Source of the DNA: Candidatus Uhrbacteria bacterium
Lineage (GTDB): Bacteria > Patescibacteriota > Patescibacteriia > UBA9934 > GWF2-40-263
Length of the DNA: 64,000 bases
Direction: 5' to 3'
NCBI GenBank assembly: GCA_026395055.1
Contig: JAPLZK010000003.1
Location: 35,855 to 99,854 of the forward strand
The notes beneath the pieces were generated by a model that did no database searches, was not told the origin of the DNA, and saw only the letters and a list, made by a program, of their open reading frames with translations. The position numbers and the translations under genes were made by a program. Below are positions 1-12,457 of this stretch, in pieces (the first letter of the stretch is position 1; each line of letters opens with the position of its first letter).

Positions 1-1707
1 GCTGAGGCAGCGAAGGCAGAATTCTTTGTGCAGTTTCCGGAATTGCATCCGGTCCTTTTGCAATTGCTTTATAACCGCGGAATCAAAACACAAGAAGAGA
101 TCGATGTTTTTTTGGGACCTGATTGGAGTCGCGACACTTGTCCGCCATCTACATTCAGGAATATGCCTGCGGCTGTTGCTCGCGTCTTCGATGCATTCTC
201 GAACGGCGAAGTGATTACGGTTCATGGGGATTATGACGCTGACGGTGTCTGTGGTTCAACAGTTCTTGTCTCAACCCTTCGAGATATTTCTCGCGCACTC
301 AACTTCGACGCAGCAAAGATCGATTACTACATTCCGCACCGTGAACTCGAAGGGTACGGCTTCTCGCTCGACACAGCCGAACACCTTCGAGAGAAGACGA
401 ATCTTATTATCACGGTCGATTGTGGAATCTCAAACAAACCTGCAATTGATCTTGCAAAGTCTTACGGTATCGACACGATCGTTTGTGATCACCACACCAT
501 GCCAAAAGAATTGCCCGAGACGGCGATCCTTATTCATCCACTTGTTCCTGGCGAAACGTTCCTGAATAAACATTTGTGCGGCACAGGAGTTGCATTCAAA
601 CTCGCGAGCGCACTCATTGACGAAGCTCGTGTTCGCGGTGCAGCATTTCCACCTGGTCATGAAAAGTGGCTTCTCGATTTGGTCGCGATCGCAACAGTTA
701 CCGATATGGTTCCGCTTGTTGGAGAAAATCGCGTCCTCGAGATCTTTGGCCTTCTTGTTCTTAACAAAACAAAACGTCCCGGACTTCGTGCGCTTATCGA
801 GATTGCGGGTGGAAAGATCGGCGAGCTTGATACGACTTCGATCGGATTTCAAATTGGTCCTCGACTGAACGCGGCAGGTCGCATGAAACATGCCTACGAT
901 GCACTCGAGCTCATGATCGAAGAGGATGAAACAGTTGCCATGGAAAAAGCGATGAAGCTTCAGGAGACCAATAAAGCGCGACAGGCTCGATCAGATGAAA
1001 TGTATAAAGAAGCAAAGAAGCAGCTGATCGAAACCCCGACGGGTTGCATTATTTTATTTCAAGATGGGTGGCAAGCCGGGCTTGTGGGGCTCGTGGCAGG
1101 AAAATTATTGAATGAGTATAATCTTCCAACGTTCGTGTTTGGAAAAGAAGGGGAGCATTATGTTGGATCTGGTCGGAGCACAGATCGTGTGGACTTGATG
1201 CCTGCATTGCATGCGGCATCAATACACTTAGAAAAATATGGTGGGCATCCTCAAGCGTGCGGGCTCTCGATGAAGGGTACGGAAGCATTTGAGGCTGCGA
1301 CAAAGATTATGCGTGACACGCTCGCGGCAAGCATGATGGAAGGTGATGCGGTCGCAACACTCGCAATCGATGCAGACATGCGCCTCGAAGATGTAAGTTG
1401 GGAACTCGTCGACGGGATTGAAAAATGCAAACCGTTTGGTATGGGAAATCCTCCGCCTGTGTTTGCTGCGCGAGGAGTGACCGTCGTTGGTCTTTCAACT
1501 GTTGGCGCTGACGGAAAACATTTACGTCTCACCATTCAATCCTTATCGGGGAAAATATTGAAGATGATCGGATTCTCATTTGGATTTCATATTGAGAAGC
1601 TTCGATTGAATGATGTGGTTGATGTGGCGTTTGAGGTGTCAATCAATGAATGGAATGGAAACAGAGAGCTACAGGGAAGAATTGTTGATTTAAAAACTAC
1701 GACGTAA
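1..1707 (+). CDS. recJ: ssDNA-specific exonuclease RecJ (5' end lies before the window)
   Basis: DYDADG, DCG, DHH and GGHPQACG (DHHA1) motifs; frame is open from base 1. Confidence 0.95.
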   Translation, partial: AEAAKAEFFVQFPELHPVLLQLLYNRGIKTQEEIDVFLGPDWSRDTCPPSTFRNMPAAVARVFDAFSNGEVITVHGDYDADGVCGSTVLVSTLRDISRALNFDAAKIDYYIPHRELEGYGFSLDTAEHLREKTNLIITVDCGISNKPAIDLAKSYGIDTIVCDHHTMPKELPETAILIHPLVPGETFLNKHLCGTGVAFKLASALIDEARVRGAAFPPGHEKWLLDLVAIATVTDMVPLVGENRVLEIFGLLVLNKTKRPGLRALIEIAGGKIGELDTTSIGFQIGPRLNAAGRMKHAYDALELMIEEDETVAMEKAMKLQETNKARQARSDEMYKEAKKQLIETPTGCIILFQDGWQAGLVGLVAGKLLNEYNLPTFVFGKEGEHYVGSGRSTDRVDLMPALHAASIHLEKYGGHPQACGLSMKGTEAFEAATKIMRDTLAASMMEGDAVATLAIDADMRLEDVSWELVDGIEKCKPFGMGNPPPVFAARGVTVVGLSTVGADGKHLRLTIQSLSGKILKMIGFSFGFHIEKLRLNDVVDVAFEVSINEWNGNRELQGRIVDLKTTT

Positions 1708-1713
1708 ACACGT

Positions 1714-2130
1714 ATGTCTAAACATTCTCATCTTAAAATCTTCACAGACGGTGGTTCTCGTGGAAATCCAGGTCCTGCTGCATCTGGTGCCGTTTTGTAT
1801 TCAGAGGACGGCGAGGTTGCTGCGACCGCCTCGAAATATCTTGGGAAAGATACAAATAACCAGGCGGAATACACCGCAATTGTGATTGGTCTTGAGAAAG
1901 CGTTGTCTCTTGGTGCGGAGACGATCGAGCTCTGTATGGACTCGGAACTCGCGGTGAAACAGTTGAAAGGGGAATATAAAGTGAAGAATCCAGAGATTGC
2001 GAAACGGTTTCTTGAGGTCAAGAATTTGATTGCACAATTTGAATACGTGAAAATTAAACATGTGCGTCGTGAGTTTAATAAAGCAGCAGATGCGCTTGTG
2101 AATAAAGTTCTCGACGAACGTCAGTCGTGA
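1714..2130 (+). CDS. rnhA: Ribonuclease HI
   Basis: TDGGSRGNPG, TNNQAEY, DSEL, NKAADAL motifs. Confidence 0.9.
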   Translation: MSKHSHLKIFTDGGSRGNPGPAASGAVLYSEDGEVAATASKYLGKDTNNQAEYTAIVIGLEKALSLGAETIELCMDSELAVKQLKGEYKVKNPEIAKRFLEVKNLIAQFEYVKIKHVRREFNKAADALVNKVLDERQS

Positions 2131-2145
2131 TATACTAGTCTCACT

Positions 2146-3246
2146 ATGAGCCTATTTGGATCTTCAAAACCAAAAACTTTTCTCGGGGTCGACATCGGCG
2201 GAAGCAGTATTAAAGTTGTCGAACTCGCAAATGAAAAAGGCCGCGCACGTCTCATGACGTACGGATATTTAGAGTTGCCACCACAAGATGGCGGTGATGG
2301 ATTGTTTGATCAACCAAAGAAAGCAGGGGAATTTCTTGCACGCGTTTGTAAAGAATCCGATGTGAAGGCAACACAAGCCATGACAGCGCTTCAGTCGTCG
2401 AATGTTTTCTCAACGATTTTGTCGTTGCCAAAGTCAAAAGATCCAAAGATGATCAAACCTTTAATTGATGCGGAGCTCGGAAAACTCGCACCACTTCCCG
2501 TGAATGAAATGATTACCTACTCAACCATGATTGACGGAGAAGCAAAGGCGGATAAGGGTGAGGTGAAAACAAAAGAAATGAAGGAAGATGAAAAAGAAAA
2601 AAGTAAATACACACGCGTGCTCGTGACAGGAGCAGCAAAGACGCTCGTTTCCAAATATATTGAAATTTTTAAAACGGCTAAGTTAAATTTACAAGCCATT
2701 GATACAGAATCTTTTGCGTTGATCAGAGCATTGATTGGCAAAGACAAAGGTGCCATCATGATTCTTGACCTCGGTTCAAAGCGCACGAACTTGTTTATCG
2801 TCGAGAAAGGAATCCCATTTGTGTCAAGGAGCATCAACCTTGGTGGCGACTCGGTCACAAAGCGCATGGTAGAGCAAATGAAACTTTCGGAAGGCGATGC
2901 GGAACGTGCAAAGCGTGATCTTGGAATTGCGGGAGGAAGTGGATCATTGCCAAAGATTCTTGAGCCAATCATGCAGCCAATCGTGAACGAGATTAAGTTT
3001 GCGTTCCAATTGTATGCGAACATGGAACTTACGGAGTTAAAGCGTGTCGAAAAAATTATTTTGACCGGCGGATCATCTCACCTTGCGCACGTACCTGAAT
3101 ATCTTTCGGAAACATTGAACATGAACGTCTACCGCGGTGACCCGTGGGCTCGCGTTGTGTATCCAAAGGATCTTGCCGTTGTTTTGGAAGAGATTGGGCC
3201 AAGAATGGCCGTGGCTGTCGGACTCGCTATGCGCGAAATGGATTAA
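2146..3246 (+). CDS. pilM: Type IV pilus assembly protein PilM
   Basis: GVDIGGSSIKVVEL, ILDLG, ILTGG, AVGLAMR actin-like ATPase motifs. Confidence 0.9.
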   Translation: MSLFGSSKPKTFLGVDIGGSSIKVVELANEKGRARLMTYGYLELPPQDGGDGLFDQPKKAGEFLARVCKESDVKATQAMTALQSSNVFSTILSLPKSKDPKMIKPLIDAELGKLAPLPVNEMITYSTMIDGEAKADKGEVKTKEMKEDEKEKSKYTRVLVTGAAKTLVSKYIEIFKTAKLNLQAIDTESFALIRALIGKDKGAIMILDLGSKRTNLFIVEKGIPFVSRSINLGGDSVTKRMVEQMKLSEGDAERAKRDLGIAGGSGSLPKILEPIMQPIVNEIKFAFQLYANMELTELKRVEKIILTGGSSHLAHVPEYLSETLNMNVYRGDPWARVVYPKDLAVVLEEIGPRMAVAVGLAMREMD

Positions 3247-3247
3247 T

Positions 3248-3622
3248 ATGCCTCCAAAAAAGAAACCCTCACTTTTGATCATTGACCCTGATACGCATCT
3301 GGCAGATATTTTGTCGAAACGATTTATGAAAGATGGTTGGACCGTCAGATCCGCAAAGACGGTTGAACAAGCTGAGAAACTTCTTGGTCGTAAACCGTCT
3401 GATGTCGTGCTTGTTGATCCCTCGAAAGAGCTGCAACCAGACGAAGTGCTCATAAAACTCGTGGATAAAACAGCTGCGGGAGCTCGCACACTTGTTCTTC
3501 ATACAGCAGACTTCACGCGAAAATCGATTGCCGCATGGAAGCGCATAGAGGGAAGTGCTATGATTCAGAAAGGAGAGCACTCCATTGCAGAGTTTGTAAA
3601 ACGCATCAAAAAACTGAAATAA
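3248..3622 (+). CDS. Stand-alone receiver-domain protein (divergent)
   Basis: LLIID ... DVVLVD ... K pattern; ATG at 3248 just after the pilM stop. Confidence 0.65.
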   Translation: MPPKKKPSLLIIDPDTHLADILSKRFMKDGWTVRSAKTVEQAEKLLGRKPSDVVLVDPSKELQPDEVLIKLVDKTAAGARTLVLHTADFTRKSIAAWKRIEGSAMIQKGEHSIAEFVKRIKKLK

Positions 3623-3626
3623 TCTT

Positions 3627-4127
3627 ATGGACCCTCAACCAAAAGTTTCCCTCGTTGAAATTCTCGTAATCGTCGCCATCGTCGCGCTTGTTGGGACACT
3701 TGCTGCTGTTGCAGTAAGTGCAGCGCGTTCAAAAGAACGAGACGCAACACGATTATCCAATGTTCGACAAGTCCAATCTGCCTTGGAAGATTATTTTAAT
3801 GAGAATAATGCGTATCCAGAAGGAGACAAGCTTCCGCTCGGAGACTCTGCACAGAGCGCGTGTTTGGGAATTACAGGCTTCCATGCAGATTGTTCCACGG
3901 AGACGGCTACCATTATGCGTAGCGTTCCTCGCGTGTATGAATCAGGTCTTCCAGGAAAGGTCACGTGCGGAAATCCTGCACGAAAAGCATTTTGTTATTC
4001 CGTGTTGAATCAAGGAGACGCATACGCCATTCAGTTCGAATTGGAAAACAGTTTGCCTGGAGCGGGACTCCAAAAAGGTGTGAACTGTGCGGTGCCAGGA
4101 AAAATGGCTGCAGGAGCGTGTCAGTAA
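3627..4127 (+). CDS. Type IV pilin / pseudopilin-like protein
   Basis: SLVEILVIVAIV hydrophobic helix, RDATRLSNV, ALEDYF..N..YP, C-terminal cysteines. Confidence 0.8.
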   Translation: MDPQPKVSLVEILVIVAIVALVGTLAAVAVSAARSKERDATRLSNVRQVQSALEDYFNENNAYPEGDKLPLGDSAQSACLGITGFHADCSTETATIMRSVPRVYESGLPGKVTCGNPARKAFCYSVLNQGDAYAIQFELENSLPGAGLQKGVNCAVPGKMAAGACQ

Positions 4128-4138
4128 AGAGGGAATCG

Positions 4139-4167
4139 TTGACATCGTTTAGAAAATCGCGTATAAC
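4139..4167 (+). promoter_or_regulatory. Sigma70-type promoter of the HTH gene
   Basis: TTGACA-17 nt-TATAAC. Confidence 0.7.
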
Positions 4168-4228
4168 CACAAAGTCAATCACGGTGATTGGCTTTTTGAT
4201 TTATCTTCGTAGAAGGAAAAGACACAAG

Positions 4229-4501
4229 ATGCAGACGCGTCGACTCGATGGCGAATTGCTGACCGCGGCCCTCACTGCTCGCAAGTGGACCGATAAAGAT
4301 CTGGTCCGAGAGCTCAAGGCCAAAGGATACGAATTGGACGGTGCACACATTGTGCAGAAGTGGCGCAAGGGCAAGAATCAGCCCAGCTCGGAACGCATCG
4401 ATCTGATCGAAGCAACCCTTGGTTACACGATCTCGACTTGGTCGACTCCGCGCCGCAGCCACGACGATCCCATCCCGGCCTCTCAGATCGCTTTTGCCTG
4501 A
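4229..4501 (+). CDS. XRE/Cro-like HTH protein
   Basis: DLVREL ... VQKWRKGKNQPS..RIDLI pattern; AGAAGGA SD before ATG 4229. Confidence 0.7.
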   Translation: MQTRRLDGELLTAALTARKWTDKDLVRELKAKGYELDGAHIVQKWRKGKNQPSSERIDLIEATLGYTISTWSTPRRSHDDPIPASQIAFA

Positions 4502-4533
4502 TCCTTCTTTCCCTGACCTGAACCGACACCTAG

Positions 4534-6567
<2,034 letters not shown>

Positions 6568-6578
6568 AGAATTCCCCT

Positions 6579-6875
6579 ATGTTCACTACCGAAGACGTTA
6601 AAAAAATCGCCAAACTTTCCAGATTGTATATCTCGGAAGCAGAAACAGAACAGTACCGAGAACAACTCGGTTCCATTTTGGAGTATGTAGATCAATTACA
6701 AGCCATTGATACAACGGGTGTGGCGGAATTGCAGCATGCTGTGGCCGTAGAAAATGTCTTCCGAGCAGATGAACCTTCCTGCAATCCAGAAGAACGCCGT
6801 CGTGCAATCGAGATGTTCTCTGCAAAGAAAGGAGACCTTCTTGAAGTACAAGCGGTTTTTTCTAAAGATGTCTAA
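6579..6875 (+). CDS. gatC: Asp/Glu-tRNA amidotransferase subunit C
   Basis: VKKIAKLSRL, ILEYVDQL, NVFRAD; directly upstream of gatA. Confidence 0.9.
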   Translation: MFTTEDVKKIAKLSRLYISEAETEQYREQLGSILEYVDQLQAIDTTGVAELQHAVAVENVFRADEPSCNPEERRRAIEMFSAKKGDLLEVQAVFSKDV

Positions 6876-6877
6876 GT

Positions 6878-8290
6878 ATGAAAACCATTCGCGCATTATC
6901 AGAAGAATTAAAAAACGGAACACTCACCAGTGAAGAACTCGTGCGTGCTTGTTTAAAAAAAATCGAAGACGAAAATGAATCGCTGAACGCATTTATTTGG
7001 GTTTCACCCACGGCGATTGATGAAGCGAAAGCAATTGATGTGCGTCGAGAAGCAGGCGAAGATCTTGGTGTTCTTGCAGGAATCCCAATCGCGGTGAAAG
7101 ATAATATTCTTGTTCAAGGTTGGGAAATCACAGCAGGATCACAAATTCTTGAAAACCATGTGGCTGCGTATAGTGCGACCGTGATTAAGAGACTCAAGAA
7201 TGCAGGAGCGATTCTTATTGGTCGCACAAACATGGACGAGTTCGCCATGGGATCTTCCACAGAGACGTCACATTATGGTCCAACAAAAAATCCACACGAC
7301 AAAACAAAAGTTCCCGGTGGATCAAGTGGTGGATCCGCGGTTGCCGTTGCGGCAGGATTCGTTCCGTGCGCCCTTGGATCAGACACGGGCGGCTCTGTTC
7401 GCCAGCCTGCATCTCTTTGTGGTGTTGTTGGATTAAAACCAACTTACGGACGTGTCTCACGCTATGGACTCATCCCAATGGCTTCATCTTTGGATCAGAT
7501 TGGACCATTTACGCTTACAGTTGATGACGCGGCGCTTGTGATGGAGATTATGGAAGGGAAAGATGAAAATGACGCAACATCCATTGAACTGTCCTCAACA
7601 ACCGCACCAGAACTTATTGAACCAGATGTAAAAGGATTACGCATCGGATTGCCAAAGGAATATTTTGTAGAAGGAATGGATGAAGAAATTCGCGCGCGCA
7701 TTATGGAGGCCGTGAAAAAGTTTGAGACAGCTGGTGCGATTGTGAAAGAAGTTTCTTTGCCACACGCAAAATATGCGCTTGCTGCATATTATATCGTGGC
7801 ACCATCCGAGATCACTTCGAATTTGGGACGTTTCGATGGACTGCGTTACGGATACCATTCACAAGGCAACGATTTACTCGACACGTATGAGCGAACGCGT
7901 GGTGAAGGTTTTGGTCGTGAAGTAAAACGCCGCATCATGCTCGGTTCGTACACGCTTTCCGCGGGGTATTATGATGCCTATTACAAAAAAGCGCTTCAGG
8001 TGAGAACACTCATCAAACAAGATTTTGATGAAGTCTTGAAAGAAGTGGATGTCATCCTCACACCAACGAGTCTGTCCGTCGGCTGGGACCTCGGGGCAAA
8101 GTTTGATGATCCTTTGACCATGTATCTTTCCGATATTTATACCATCACCGCAAACCTCGCAGCGATTCCAGCAATCTCGATTCCATGCGGAACGGCTCAT
8201 GGCTTACCTGTCGGACTTCAGCTTATGGGCAAAGCGTTTGATGAGCACATGTTGTATCGCGCAGGAATGTGGTTTGAGAAAAATACATGA
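6878..8290 (+). CDS. gatA: Asp/Glu-tRNA amidotransferase subunit A
   Basis: Amidase signature GGSSGGS, GSDTGGSVRQPA, EVKRRIMLG. Confidence 0.97.
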   Translation: MKTIRALSEELKNGTLTSEELVRACLKKIEDENESLNAFIWVSPTAIDEAKAIDVRREAGEDLGVLAGIPIAVKDNILVQGWEITAGSQILENHVAAYSATVIKRLKNAGAILIGRTNMDEFAMGSSTETSHYGPTKNPHDKTKVPGGSSGGSAVAVAAGFVPCALGSDTGGSVRQPASLCGVVGLKPTYGRVSRYGLIPMASSLDQIGPFTLTVDDAALVMEIMEGKDENDATSIELSSTTAPELIEPDVKGLRIGLPKEYFVEGMDEEIRARIMEAVKKFETAGAIVKEVSLPHAKYALAAYYIVAPSEITSNLGRFDGLRYGYHSQGNDLLDTYERTRGEGFGREVKRRIMLGSYTLSAGYYDAYYKKALQVRTLIKQDFDEVLKEVDVILTPTSLSVGWDLGAKFDDPLTMYLSDIYTITANLAAIPAISIPCGTAHGLPVGLQLMGKAFDEHMLYRAGMWFEKNT

Positions 8291-9021
8291 TCCCTTGGTT
8301 TCAATTTACACAAATCCATTTTGGAATCATCACCGTTCAAGTCTGGGGCCTCTTGGTTGCGCTCGGTATTTTTTGCGCGACCTGGGTGGCATCTAAAAAA
8401 GCAGCACGCGAAGGATTAGATCCCAATATTGTTTGGGATTTTGCGTTTTGGGTAATGATCTCGGCATTCATTGGCGCACGCCTTTTCGAAGTTGTTTATA
8501 ATCCAGCGTTGTATCTCGCACACCCACTCGAGCTTTTAACTGTCTGGCAGGGTGGGTTCTCAGAAATGGGAGGATTCATTGGAGCGATTCTTGCGCTCGT
8601 TTATTATCTTCGATCAAAAAAGTTGGATGCGTGGAAGTATGCGGGCTGCGTTGCCTATGCATTGCCGCTCGGATTCGGGATTGGTCGCATCGGTTGTTTT
8701 CTCATTCACGATCATCCAGGAACGCTCACGCACTTTATTCTCGGTGTGAAATATCCAGATGGGATTCGACACGATCATGGATTGTATTTGTCGATCGAAG
8801 GCTTTCTGATCTTTCTTTTATTCGTTCTTCTCGATCGGAAACACGCAAAGCCGCAAACGTTCGTCATTACTTTTCTCATTTTTCACGGAATCATTCGGTT
8901 CTTTTTAGATTTTCTTCGTGTGATTGATATTCGGTATTTTTTTCTTACGCCCGCCCAGTACATATCGATTGCCATGATTTTTGCAGGAGGGACACTCTTG
9001 TTTCCGAAACGCCATCATTGA
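8287..9021 (+). CDS. lgt: Prolipoprotein diacylglyceryl transferase
   Basis: GARL, WQGG.S..GG, IGRIGCF, RFFLDFLR. Confidence 0.88.
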   Translation: MIPWFQFTQIHFGIITVQVWGLLVALGIFCATWVASKKAAREGLDPNIVWDFAFWVMISAFIGARLFEVVYNPALYLAHPLELLTVWQGGFSEMGGFIGAILALVYYLRSKKLDAWKYAGCVAYALPLGFGIGRIGCFLIHDHPGTLTHFILGVKYPDGIRHDHGLYLSIEGFLIFLLFVLLDRKHAKPQTFVITFLIFHGIIRFFLDFLRVIDIRYFFLTPAQYISIAMIFAGGTLLFPKRHH

Positions 9022-9097
9022 CATGGCGTTTTCTTTTTGATATCTTGCGCAAACTCATAGTGAGTGAGAGTGTTGTTCTTTCTTCCACGAGGTTATC

Positions 9098-9673
9098 ATG
9101 CGCGAAAATAGCGTTGCAGTCGTTCTCCTTTGCGGTCCGCGTAGTCCTACGGGGCATACGTCCACCATTCGTGTGTTTCGCGCGATCGAACTTGCGAAGT
9201 CGCTTCGCACCAAGCTCTTCATCGTCGGCGACGCCTACAATGGGGAAGATGTGCGGCATTTTGCAAGCATGGCGCGTGAACATGGTCTTCCGGACAACCT
9301 GCGGGTTGGGCGGCAGGTTATCAATCACGTCGTTCCGGTTTTGAACGTATCCGCAGACGCGAATACGCAGACGAATGCGGAAGCGGTCGCGCACGTCATT
9401 GCGAAATCTACCATTCGGGAAGTGTATCTTGTCACGGAGGAGTATCACATGCTGCGTGCAGCACTGCTGCTCCAGCGTGCACTCAAAGCGGCGTGTACGC
9501 ATCCGCCGACCGTGATCGAACAACCCGTCATCTCTGCAACTCCTACAGCTGCGGAAATTCTGACACGTGAGAATGTCTTGCGCACCGAGCTTGGCATTCA
9601 TGCGCAGATCGTGATTCCCAAAGAATCGAACGCGCTCTTGTCGAAATTGTCCGGCAGCGTCCCGGCCTCGTAA
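9098..9673 (+). CDS. DUF218/ElyC (YdcF)-like protein
   Basis: NT..NA and YLVTEEYHMLRA motifs; own promoter TTGACA-17-TATCTT at 9018-9046. Confidence 0.65.
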   Translation: MRENSVAVVLLCGPRSPTGHTSTIRVFRAIELAKSLRTKLFIVGDAYNGEDVRHFASMAREHGLPDNLRVGRQVINHVVPVLNVSADANTQTNAEAVAHVIAKSTIREVYLVTEEYHMLRAALLLQRALKAACTHPPTVIEQPVISATPTAAEILTRENVLRTELGIHAQIVIPKESNALLSKLSGSVPAS

Positions 9674-9705
9674 ACTCAAAAGCACCCATTAGGTGCTTTT
9701 TTTCT

Positions 9706-10077
9706 TTATCCCCATAATCCTTTTTTCTTTTCTTCCTTTTTGGGTGTGACCGTTTGTGTTGGCTGTAATTCTGTTTGTTTCCAATGATTCACCCACGCCA
9801 CAATGTATTTCATTTCTTGTTCCACAAGAGGGCCTTCATATTCGCCACCATGTGCGCTTGTGCCTTCATGACTCGCTCCTTTTTGATCTAGGTGAAGATT
9901 GACTTGCAGTCCGCCGTCTTTGTCTTCTACGTACGCGTGGTACCGAGGGAAGTCTCCGCTTGAGGTGCGTTTAATAAATGCGGTTTGGCCAGAAAATTTA
10001 TTTTGTTCGCCATACCCAAGTTTGCGCAACAAGTTACGTGCGTTATCGGTAAGGGGACCTGGAATAAACGTTTTCAT
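9706..10077 (-). CDS. Hypothetical protein
   Basis: ORF from MKTFIPG; FPRYHAY and NLHLDQK motifs; converges on the hairpin at ~9678-9703. Confidence 0.6.
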   Translation of the reverse strand: MKTFIPGPLTDNARNLLRKLGYGEQNKFSGQTAFIKRTSSGDFPRYHAYVEDKDGGLQVNLHLDQKGASHEGTSAHGGEYEGPLVEQEMKYIVAWVNHWKQTELQPTQTVTPKKEEKKKGLWG

Positions 10078-10121
10078 ACAAACAGTAGGGTAGCGTATTT
10101 TTGGAAAAGAAAAAAGCGACC

Positions 10122-10472
10122 TCATTGAGGTCGCGTAGGAAAGGGGGAGTCATCTGCGCAATTTGTGTATCTGAGGGAGAAGAGAATGTTGCTATCGATG
10201 CAGATATTGAATCCGCGACCGTTCGTGTTCGTGCACTGAATGATCGAGTCAGAGAACACGTTTCGTTCCAGTTGCTGCGTGGTCACGATGGACGGATCCA
10301 ACTCTTTGATTCTGCGCTGAACGAAGTCTGTGTTATACCAGCAGTTCGCCATACACGTCGTGGCGATAACGGCTCCGCAGAGAACAACGACCAGGGCAAT
10401 GGGGCTCTCGATGAGAAGACTAAAGATCCCCTCAAGAATGTCTCCCAGAATTTCACCTGCAGCTTCTGTCAT
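10122..10472 (-). CDS. Hypothetical membrane-anchored protein
   Basis: AGGAG SD, N-terminal TM segment. Confidence 0.6.
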   Translation of the reverse strand: MTEAAGEILGDILEGIFSLLIESPIALVVVLCGAVIATTCMANCWYNTDFVQRRIKELDPSIVTTQQLERNVFSDSIIQCTNTNGRGFNICIDSNILFSLRYTNCADDSPFPTRPQ

Positions 10473-10497
10473 GATTCTGTCTCCTGATGTTGAAAGG

Positions 10498-11307
10498 TTA
10501 AGGTTGTTCCAGAACGGTTTGGATGAACTCCTCGCGATGCGCTTTTTTCCAAGATCGTTTCACACGTGTCCGTTTTTTTGGACCAGAGGTGATATCGATG
10601 ATGTTGAGCACTTCACAGATTTTGTTCGGCACGTTTTGACGTGTTGTGTAGACCGTGCATCCAGCGAGAACCATCTGTTGCTGGTGCAGATGTTTGAGAG
10701 CGATCGCGATGATGGGTTTGTGAAACCCGCGTCGTATGCGTTCGATGAACGAAATTGCCTGAAGCGTTTTTCCGTCTTCGAATGGTGCGACGGCGATTGT
10801 GTCGAATCTGGGTTTTTCCGCCATGATTTTCTCTGCATGCAAGATGCTTGGAGCGTGCATGACGTAAAACGATTCACCCAATTCCGTTTTCCATTGGTTC
10901 AACAAGGATTCATCATTGCTTACAATCAACACGCGGTATTGGTTGGGCGATGAATTTCCGTTGAATACTTCAAAGAGTTTCTTTGGGACGTTATAGCGTG
11001 TGGTGTACGCGCTGCAGCCTGCGAGAAGCATTTGTTGCTGCTGCTCGTGTTTCGCCGCAATCGCGATGATGGGTTTGTGGTACGTGCGGCGAAGTTTCTG
11101 GATGAACGCAATGGCATGGAATGTGTTTCCGTCTTCGAATGGTTCGATGACAATGGCGGCGAACGCAGGAGTTTCTGCAATGAGTTCCTCTGCATCCGGA
11201 ATGCTGTGGACGCTTGTGATGTGGAACTTCTCTTTGAGTTCCGTGATCCATTTGCTGAGCAAGGAATCGTCTTCATTCACAATCAAGATACGGCGTAGGC
11301 GTGGCAT
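10498..11307 (-). CDS. Tandem pseudo-receiver domain protein
   Basis: Two similar halves (RILIVNEDDSLL / RVLIVSNDESLL; KPIIAIA..H.QQQM.LAGC); phosphoacceptor position appears to be E or A. Confidence 0.7.
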   Translation of the reverse strand: MPRLRRILIVNEDDSLLSKWITELKEKFHITSVHSIPDAEELIAETPAFAAIVIEPFEDGNTFHAIAFIQKLRRTYHKPIIAIAAKHEQQQQMLLAGCSAYTTRYNVPKKLFEVFNGNSSPNQYRVLIVSNDESLLNQWKTELGESFYVMHAPSILHAEKIMAEKPRFDTIAVAPFEDGKTLQAISFIERIRRGFHKPIIAIALKHLHQQQMVLAGCTVYTTRQNVPNKICEVLNIIDITSGPKKRTRVKRSWKKAHREEFIQTVLEQP

Positions 11308-11375
11308 GACATTCTCCAAGGAAATGCGAGAAAACAATACCAGATTTTGGCTGTTTGTCAAGATGAAAAACGCGC

Positions 11376-11870
11376 TCACACCGAATGGTGACGAGCGCGA
11401 CGAGAAGGTCGAAGATGTGGAAGTCTGAGAAAGATGTGTGTTTGAGAGGCGAGATCTTGATCGAGCGGAATGAGGAGATCAAGGACGCGTGCCGCGTCTG
11501 GAGAAAAAAATAGTTGCTGCAGTTCACGAATCCACTTTGAGCGGATAGGTCCAAAGACCAGAAGATACAGCACCAACGCGCTAGATCCGTAGCAGACACT
11601 CGCAAAGACGATTTGCGAGAGGATGAGCGGCAGGATCGCGTTTGGTTGAATCTGATTCAGGGCTGGAGAAAGAAGGAGCGGAATCGCAAGGAAGGGGAGC
11701 GCGGCCGCGAACGGCAATTTTTTGGAAAGCCGAATGTAATCGACAAGGGTGTAGATGCGATACGCGATCGTACGATCTTGCTCCTTGAGTTGATCGATCC
11801 AGTCAAAGAGAGCTAGCTTGCGCAGAACAAATCGACGCATGAATGTCTCATTGAGCAACCGTGAGCTCAA
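11376..11870 (-). CDS. Hypothetical membrane protein
   Basis: 164-aa ORF with two hydrophobic segments; start uncertain. Confidence 0.5.
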   Translation of the reverse strand: MSSRLLNETFMRRFVLRKLALFDWIDQLKEQDRTIAYRIYTLVDYIRLSKKLPFAAALPFLAIPLLLSPALNQIQPNAILPLILSQIVFASVCYGSSALVLYLLVFGPIRSKWIRELQQLFFSPDAARVLDLLIPLDQDLASQTHIFLRLPHLRPSRRARHHSV

Positions 11871-11963
11871 GATCTTATGCTATGCCGATTGCACAAAATG
11901 TAAAGCAGAATTATCCACCGCAAAAGAAAAAACCACCTCGAACAGATCGAAAGTGGCAGAGAA

Positions 11964-12401
11964 CTAGGGGAACAGTTTTTGGATGAGGTCCGGGCTCAAC
12001 AAATGTTTGTTGGCACTGAGTCGACGCGCTTGCCTTGCGCATGCGATCGTATACAGCTCGCTGTCTGGGTAGAGGATGACGATCGTGCGCTGCATGGGGT
12101 CATGAGGTCTCCCTAATCCTGATTCCGTCATGAAGTCATCGAACGCCCTGTACCCAAAGGTGAACGTGCTGCTTCCTGTGTGTCGACGAGCAGGTTGATC
12201 AAATCCACCCCGAGGGATTTCCGGAAACAATGTCTCCATGAACGCGTTGAGCGCGTCAGGATCATAGATCGGCGTTGCAGGAGCTGTTAGGATGTAGACA
12301 AATCGCTTCCAATTATTTGCCTCCGCATCGACGCTGATGAACGGCGCAACGACGGATTGATTCGCACTTAGCCTGTCGATGTAAGGATGTTCTTTGTCCA
12401 C
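11964..12401 (-). CDS. Hypothetical protein
   Basis: GGAG SD before GTG, 145 aa. Confidence 0.55.
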   Translation of the reverse strand: MDKEHPYIDRLSANQSVVAPFISVDAEANNWKRFVYILTAPATPIYDPDALNAFMETLFPEIPRGGFDQPARRHTGSSTFTFGYRAFDDFMTESGLGRPHDPMQRTIVILYPDSELYTIACARQARRLSANKHLLSPDLIQKLFP

Positions 12402-12457
12402 GGGTTTTCTCCAACTTGTTTTGGTGAATGAAAAGGGAACGAGTGGTGAGGTTATTC

